A DNA stretch of 63,538 bases, the filler included, from Craspedostauros australis (Eukaryota): NCBI GenBank assembly GCA_030167865.1. It is 11 parts of 11 records of this genome, joined end to end, with 100 filler letters (N's around TTAATTAATTAA, not from the genome) between each part and the next. Parts side by side here need not be neighbours in the genome. Positions count along the whole stretch, not along the records: positions 57,502 to 59,039 come from JALAGF010001660.1; positions 59,140 to 62,318 come from JALAGF010001662.1; positions 62,419 to 63,538 come from JALAGF010001663.1; 8 more parts are not named here. One strand, written 5' to 3'. How positions within the stretch are numbered: the first letter of the stretch is position 1; every line of letters starts with the position of its first letter. The notes beneath the pieces are model-generated. The model was not told where the DNA came from. It was given only the letters and a program-made list of their open reading frames with translations, and searched no databases. Below, in pieces: positions 57,502-63,538 of the stretch. Position numbers and translations under genes: made by a program.

Positions 57502-59039
57502 ACTTCGGGACCAACATCTGGACCAACCTCTGGACCAACCTCTGGACCAACCAGTGGACCAACTTCAGGCCCGACATCTGGACCAACTTCGGGACCAACT
57601 TCAGGCCCAACCAGTGGCCCAACCAGTGGCCCAACTTCGGGACCTACTTCCGGCCCAACCAGTGGACCAACCAGTGGACCAACCTCTGGACCTACCTCCG
57701 GACCAACCAGCGGCCCAACATCTGGACCAACCTCCGGACCAACATCTGGGCCAACATCTGGACCCACATCTGGACCAACCTCTGGCCCAACCAGCGGACC
57801 AACTTCAGGCCCGACATCTGGACCAACTTCGGGACCTACTTCCGGACCTACTTCAGGCCCAACCAGCGGACCCACATCTGGACCAACTAGCGGACCAACT
57901 AGCGGACCAACATCTGGGCCAACCTCCGGACCTACTTCAGGCCCAACCAGCGGACCAACATCCGGACCAACATCTGGGCCAACATCCGGCCCAACTAGTG
58001 GACCCACATCCGGACCAACCTCTGGACCTACTTCCGGACCAACATCTGGACCAACATCTGGACCAACGAGCGGACCTACCAGCGGACCAACCTCCGGACC
58101 TACTTCAGGCCCAACCAGCGGACCCACCAGCGGACCCACCAGCGGACCAACATCTGGACCAACCTCTGGACCAACCTCTGGACCTACTTCGGGACCTACT
58201 TCCGGCCCAACTAGCGGACCAACCTCTGGACCAACCTCCGGACCTACTTCGGCACCAACTAGTGGCCCAACATCTGGGCCAACCTCTGGACCAACTAGCG
58301 GACCGACTAGCGGACCAACCTCGGGACCAACATCTGGACCTACTTCCGGCCCAACCAGCGGACCTACTTCTGGGCCTACTTCTGGACCAACATCTGGACC
58401 CACCAGCGGACCTACTTCGGGACCAACATCTGGACCAACGTCTGGACCAACATCTGGACCAACGTCTGGACCAACATCTGGACCAACTAGTGGACCTACT
58501 TCGGGACCAACATCCGGACCAACGTCAGGACCTACTTCAGGCCCAACTTCCGGACCAACCTCTGGACCAACTAGCGGGCCGACTTCCGACCCAACATCCG
58601 GACCAACCAGCGGACCAACCTCTGGACCAACCTCTGGACCAACCTCCGGACCTACTTCAGGCCCAACCAGCGGACCAACATCTGGACCAACTAGCGGCCC
58701 AACATCTGGACCAACCTCTGGGCCAACTAGCGGACCAACCAGTGGACCAACCAGTGGACCAACTTCCGGACCAACCAGCGGACCAACCAGCGGCCCAACT
58801 TCGGGACCAACATCCGGCCCAACATCTGGACCAACCAGCGGACCAACTTCGGGACCAACGTCTGGACCAACATCTGGGCCAACCAGCGGACCAACATCTG
58901 GACCTACTTCCGGCCCAACCAGCGGACCAACGTCTGGACCTACTAGCGGTCCAACTTCGGGACCAACCAGTGGCCCAACCTCCGGCCCAACATCTGGACC
59001 AACTAGCGGGCCAACTTCTGGACCAACATCCGGCCCAAC
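57502..59039 (+). CDS. Internal fragment of a mucin-like protein, ~128 x (Thr-Ser-Gly-Pro)
   Basis: Frame from 57502 reads act tcg gga cca aca tct gga cca... Variation is almost all synonymous, with Ser as both TCN and AGY. It fills the whole contig and is absent from the ORF track because this frame has no start codon. Confidence 0.85.
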
Positions 59040-60415
59040 NNNNNNNNNNNNNNNNNNNNNNNNNNNNNNNNNNNNNNNNNNNNTTAATTAATTAANNNNN
59101 NNNNNNNNNNNNNNNNNNNNNNNNNNNNNNNNNNNNNNNGGTAGGACATTTCAAACATAATCGAAATAGCTAGCATATTATGTGTATGCGACACGAAATC
59201 GTGACTTGTCCAAAAATGAAGACACATTTGTCCGAATTGACACAATGTAACATGTCGCAGTACTCTGAAGCTTGTTTTCGGCATCACGCCCGTTCGCCAA
59301 ACGACACGAAANTGACACTCGTTTGCACAAGCGAACCTCACAACTAACCAAGCGCGCGATTGGGAATCGGGCGAGAGCGGCGTTCCGGGATCAGGCACGC
59401 CCGGCGCGCAACTTCAGCGCTTGACGGGAACTACGTCATAAAGCACGACTCGATTCAGCTCAATCACGAGCTCGTGGAGTCGTGAGTGGACAAATTACCG
59501 TGTTCCCCTGCATCTCTTCCATTTGCTTGTAGTGGTAGTAGTTTTCGATCTCTGCGAGGAATCGAGGGTACAACTTTGTCGGAATGTCCATTATCGCCGC
59601 ACCTCCCAACAGTATTTGTCACACCTTTGAATATTGTTCGTCACATGTTTGGAGACTATCCATCACACCTTTGAATACTATGTCATTTCGACTATGCTTA
59701 AGGATACGGACGCGATTGATACCTGTATAACCGCGAGGAGGGTATTCTGTCCTCTGGTAACATAAGGACGACACCCATGGCGGATCAGGAGGTCCCAATA
59801 CCAAACCAACCATGGTAACCATGCAGACGACAACGTCAATCAGAACAGCAGGTCAATGGGCAAGTGACGCACCCCCTTCAGAGGACAGCACGCGCCCCTC
59901 CTGCAGACAAGAACATCCACAGGTTTGGGACATCAGAAGGGATCAGAACATCCGCAGGTTTGGAACGTCACCAAGGTTGACATTGATTGTGGAATGATGG
60001 TGTCATGAGATCAACAACGGAAAAATATGATAAGCAAGTGCTCAGGACTACAGATCCCTACCATGCAAGCGTAGACAGCTATGACGACGCAGAGGCAAGC
60101 AATAACGAGGCCAAGACAAGGAAGCAATAACAGAGCATGATGAACGGAGAAAGAAGCACCTAAGAACAACAGGACGCCCCGTGTCGCCACCGCGACAGAT
60201 GCCTACTATGAAACATGAAATCGGAAGAGAAGTGAGATTGTGCTCACAGTTCTAAAACGGTGCAGTTTCTAACAGCGGATTAGATTACAGTACTAACTAT
60301 AACCCCGGATTTCCAACATGTGTCTGACTTTGGAAGATCGACTAGTCTATTTTTGTTGTTGTGAGAGGTGCGGCAATCTAGTATATAATGACATAGTCGT
60401 ACCCTTGATTCCTGA

Positions 60416-61650
60416 CAGATACACCACACTGGCTGCCGTCGTCGTCGGCCACCACGACGATTGACACGACCAACATGGCCAGCTTCCACGAATCCCTCAT
60501 GGGCGTGCATTTAGAATCTAACATACTCACTTCGCAGGAAAGCCGCATTCGGTTGATCTGAATTGGACGTGCCAAGTTGCATCATTTTACCAATGAGGAA
60601 ACGACGTTTGACGTCGTCTTCCGGGAACAGAAGGAAGCGGCGGCTGCGGTGGAAGGCGAGGACGAAGATGAAAACGAAGAAGACAATTTCAACAAGAACA
60701 TCCCAGAGGGCATGTCGCAAGAGGAACTGTGGCGTATGAAGCAGCGGCAGCAGCAGCAACAACGCGGCGGTGATCATATGTACGGCGATATCAACAATCC
60801 ACAAAAGCAAGACAACGATGAGGACGAGGATGATGACGACGACGCCATGCCGCACATAATCATTGACACCAAAAGCAGCATCCTCATGGCCGAGATGGAT
60901 CTCCTCATGGACAACGCCGATTCCAACCTCTCGCTCAATCACGCCATCTCCCAAATGGCCACGTTGGCCAACCGCATCCATTTCCTGCATGCCGACCGCC
61001 AGCGATACCTCAAGACCATCCAGGCCGCCGCCATCCGTTTGGAGTTGGCCTTCGAGCAGTGAGAGGATCTGGATGGCATCGGTCAGCTCTTTGCCGACAA
61101 CGACGATGACAAGAAATCGCCGCCGCTGTCGCGACGTCTCGTCAACAGGAACCGACAACGCGAGGCGTCGCCGCAAGTTCAGAAACAGCAGCAGAAGCTC
61201 AAATCGCAGTTGCAGACCCATTTCATCCAATCCAATCAATCCAGATCCATCTCCAAATCGGCGCAGAAGCTGCTGCAAAAGACCAACTACGGCATGGGAT
61301 ACTTGCCAACGTCGTACACAGCTGCCATGGCTCGCGGCGGCAACGCCAACACGCAGCCTCTCACTGCCATGGTCCAGGTGCTGCTGGAAGAGCTGCGTCC
61401 GTACTATTCGCAAGAGCAGCTCAAGTCAGAGTCGTTTGGCTACACCTCTCTTTCACTGGTGGCGCTATCCAGCTTGCAGTGCACCATCTCGACGCAGCAG
61501 CTATCGATGGCGCTGCAAACCACGGACACGGTCGAGCGTCTGGAATGGATCTTGGAATGGATGCAGGAGCATTCGAATGGATTGCAGGAAATTGCAGAAA
61601 GCCGTAAGCAGGAGCTGTTGGATTGTGGTGAACGCACGGACGATTTGTGA
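60416..61650 (+). pseudogene. Probable pseudogene (uncharacterised protein with LON N-terminal-domain-like features), two in-frame TGA codons
   Basis: One frame reads ...ESRIRLI*IGRAKLHHF...LELAFEQ*EDLDGIGQLF...ALQTTDTVERLEWILEWM, with stops at 60559-60561 and 61060-61062. The listed 60577 and 61210 ORFs are in the same frame. Confidence 0.55.
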
Positions 61651-62864
61651 AATGGCGATACAACACAGAGGAACGCAATGCAACGCAATGCAACGCGACG
61701 CGACGCGACGATGATGGATTAATTGAGGCACATATAATTGTAGTAGAGCAATGCTTCAGTACTACGATTATGTATGATCGACGATGCAGTGCAAACACCT
61801 AGCTCGTATTCGATGTACAGGATGAGGATGATACTGGCAAGGGAAACAGTTCCTTGTAGCTGTTGTCGTTGTGCAAGCTGTCTTGCCAACCTCGTCCATT
61901 CTTGTTTCCATACCATACGTTTGGTATCTCAAGTCAAGCAAATGCAGGTATCGGGAGAACCACATTACGATCCACTCGACTCTTCCACGGTACCACCTCG
62001 AATCCAACGCACGGATGGAGAGTTGCGATTGCTGCATGGATGGGGACATCTACGCTGCCATTCTGACGTGATGAACACGAAGTCCACATGTGTTGGGAAG
62101 GTGCATCGCGGAGCGCCTACACCAAGTGACGAAACGCCCGATGAACTTGAAGACAATTGCGAACGTGGGTGACAACTCCTGCAATTATGTGACTGAAGTA
62201 CGAAGGCTACCAATGGGGATGCTTTCCATTCATTGATGAACCAGAAATTATGTGACTGAAGAGGAATTGTTATGTGCATGGGGACGTTGTCGAGGCTGTG
62301 ATACAATTGCAATTAGGGNNNNNNNNNNNNNNNNNNNNNNNNNNNNNNNNNNNNNNNNNNNNTTAATTAATTAANNNNNNNNNNNNNNNNNNNNNNNNNN
62401 NNNNNNNNNNNNNNNNNNACGGAAAAGGTAAGAAAAGTGGAGATTTCTGATTGGTCGACGGGTGTCGCTATTGTTAGAGATTTAGCGTGCGCTAATACAC
62501 AACTAATGTGTTGTCCATCAATGACTCCTCCATGTTGATACCTCTGGAATTGCTTCAAACTCATCCTGCAGGTGGTACCTTCACCAAGGATGAGACTCTG
62601 ACAAGAGTCACCCTTTGAATCCGGTATCCACACTGTGTGCCCAGTCCTGTGGTGGTGCGTTGTAGTACTCATGTTCTGAAATGATCTCGCACTTTCTGTT
62701 GGCGGATTGGTTGTGTCTGGTTGACCATCTGATGCACGATGTTGCTGTGGCCATTCTCCTTCTCTCTTTTGACTTTGGTACACAATGTAGTTTTTGTTTG
62801 CCAATTGGTTATTGTTGTTGTTGTTGTTGTTGTGGGATGTAGATCGGTGTCTACATGTTATCTT

Positions 62865-63400
62865 CTACCTGTGTTGTGCTGCTTCCAAGTAGAGGTATGC
62901 ATGCGACACAGATATGTGGTCGGTTCCCAATGAATTCGCATAGGAGCGGTGATGTTGTAGTGGGGGACAGACTCTGCACTGGGCCCGTTGCTTGTTGCCT
63001 TCCAATTGATTCTTTTTTCGCTTGGAAGTAGCCAGACTTGCGCCATCCACATGAACTTGGCCCCTGGAGACCTGGAGTGGAGTGGACGGCAATCGATTCT
63101 CATGCCTGTTGCTTGCTTTGGCAGCCGTCTTCTCTTGCAAATTGCATGCCACAGAAATGAAGCAAGTCATGTGTTCTATGCCCACATATCTGCAGTGTAT
63201 ACACTGTGGACAGAACCAGCATTGATGATGTCCTCATCTTCACTGGTGGGCTCCTTTGTTGTATTCATCCATGCTTGTCCAAACTGATGAACTGTGAATC
63301 GAACTGCTGGTGACAACAGGTTGGCTGTGCATGGGTGAGTACTTGATGTATGCTCGCTTGCGGCATGTTGGTCATGCGCCTCTCTGTGAGTTGGAAGACA
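62865..63400 (-). mobile_element. Possible degenerate transposase C-terminus (piggyBac-like Cys-rich tail)
   Basis: KRKKNQLEGNKQRAQCRVC within a frame broken by stops. Resemblance only. Confidence 0.25.
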
Positions 63401-63538
63401 AGCTAAATGGAAAATGCTTCCTGTCTTCTGTTGACATTAATGGCTCAATAGCCAGGTGTTGGCAAGTTCCGCTCACGGTAACCTACGATCGTGGAAGATG
63501 GTGTTGGTTGATAGTCGTTCGTTTGCTATTTCATTACT

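Noticed and set aside
57450..59095. Listed ORFs 57554..59095 (+, DQ/HL repeats) and 57450..58403 (-, VGPE repeats)
   Set aside because: Shadow frames of the 12-nt repeat. Only the SGPT frame makes the variation synonymous.
22345..62418. Ten recurrences of TTAATTAATTAA as a biological repeat or piggyBac TTAA sites
   Set aside because: Always centred in identical N-runs: an artificial all-frame-stop linker. ORFs ending in XXXLIN are artefacts, and cross-gap neighbourhoods are not evidence of linkage.

Overview
Eukaryotic nuclear DNA from a diatom, probably a pennate. Evidence: a silicon transporter SIT with a C-terminal coiled coil, a DUF6824-type gene, a CoDi-type Copia element and GT-AG introns. 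The window is 11 contigs joined by 10 artificial 100-nt spacers (N44-TTAATTAATTAA-N44), so adjacency across spacers is unproven. The first 40 kb is gene-rich: a DUF2358-like fragment, a SIT with in-frame lesions, a ~26-repeat ankyrin protein facing head-to-head an effector-less STAND/AAA ATPase, a plastid-targeted methyltransferase, DUF6824, a DUF2817/M14-like peptidase, an ERGIC/Erv-type protein, a two-domain unknown, a coiled-coil protein, a Zn-macrodomain/class-M sirtuin fusion, a 4-exon multi-C2 membrane protein and NRT2. The last 23 kb is made of short repeat-rich contigs: an intron-containing piggyBac-like transposase, a 1039-aa P-loop NTPase plus PD-(D/E)xK nuclease protein of Crinkler-like architecture beside a Copia insertion, LTR fragments, a 5S rRNA gene, ~128 tandem SGPT codon units and a pseudogene with two in-frame TGA codons. 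The best candidates for undescribed biology are the Crinkler-like NTPase-REase, the shuffled-ankyrin/STAND divergent pair and the macro-SirTM fusion. All family calls come from motif recognition by eye; no searches were run.
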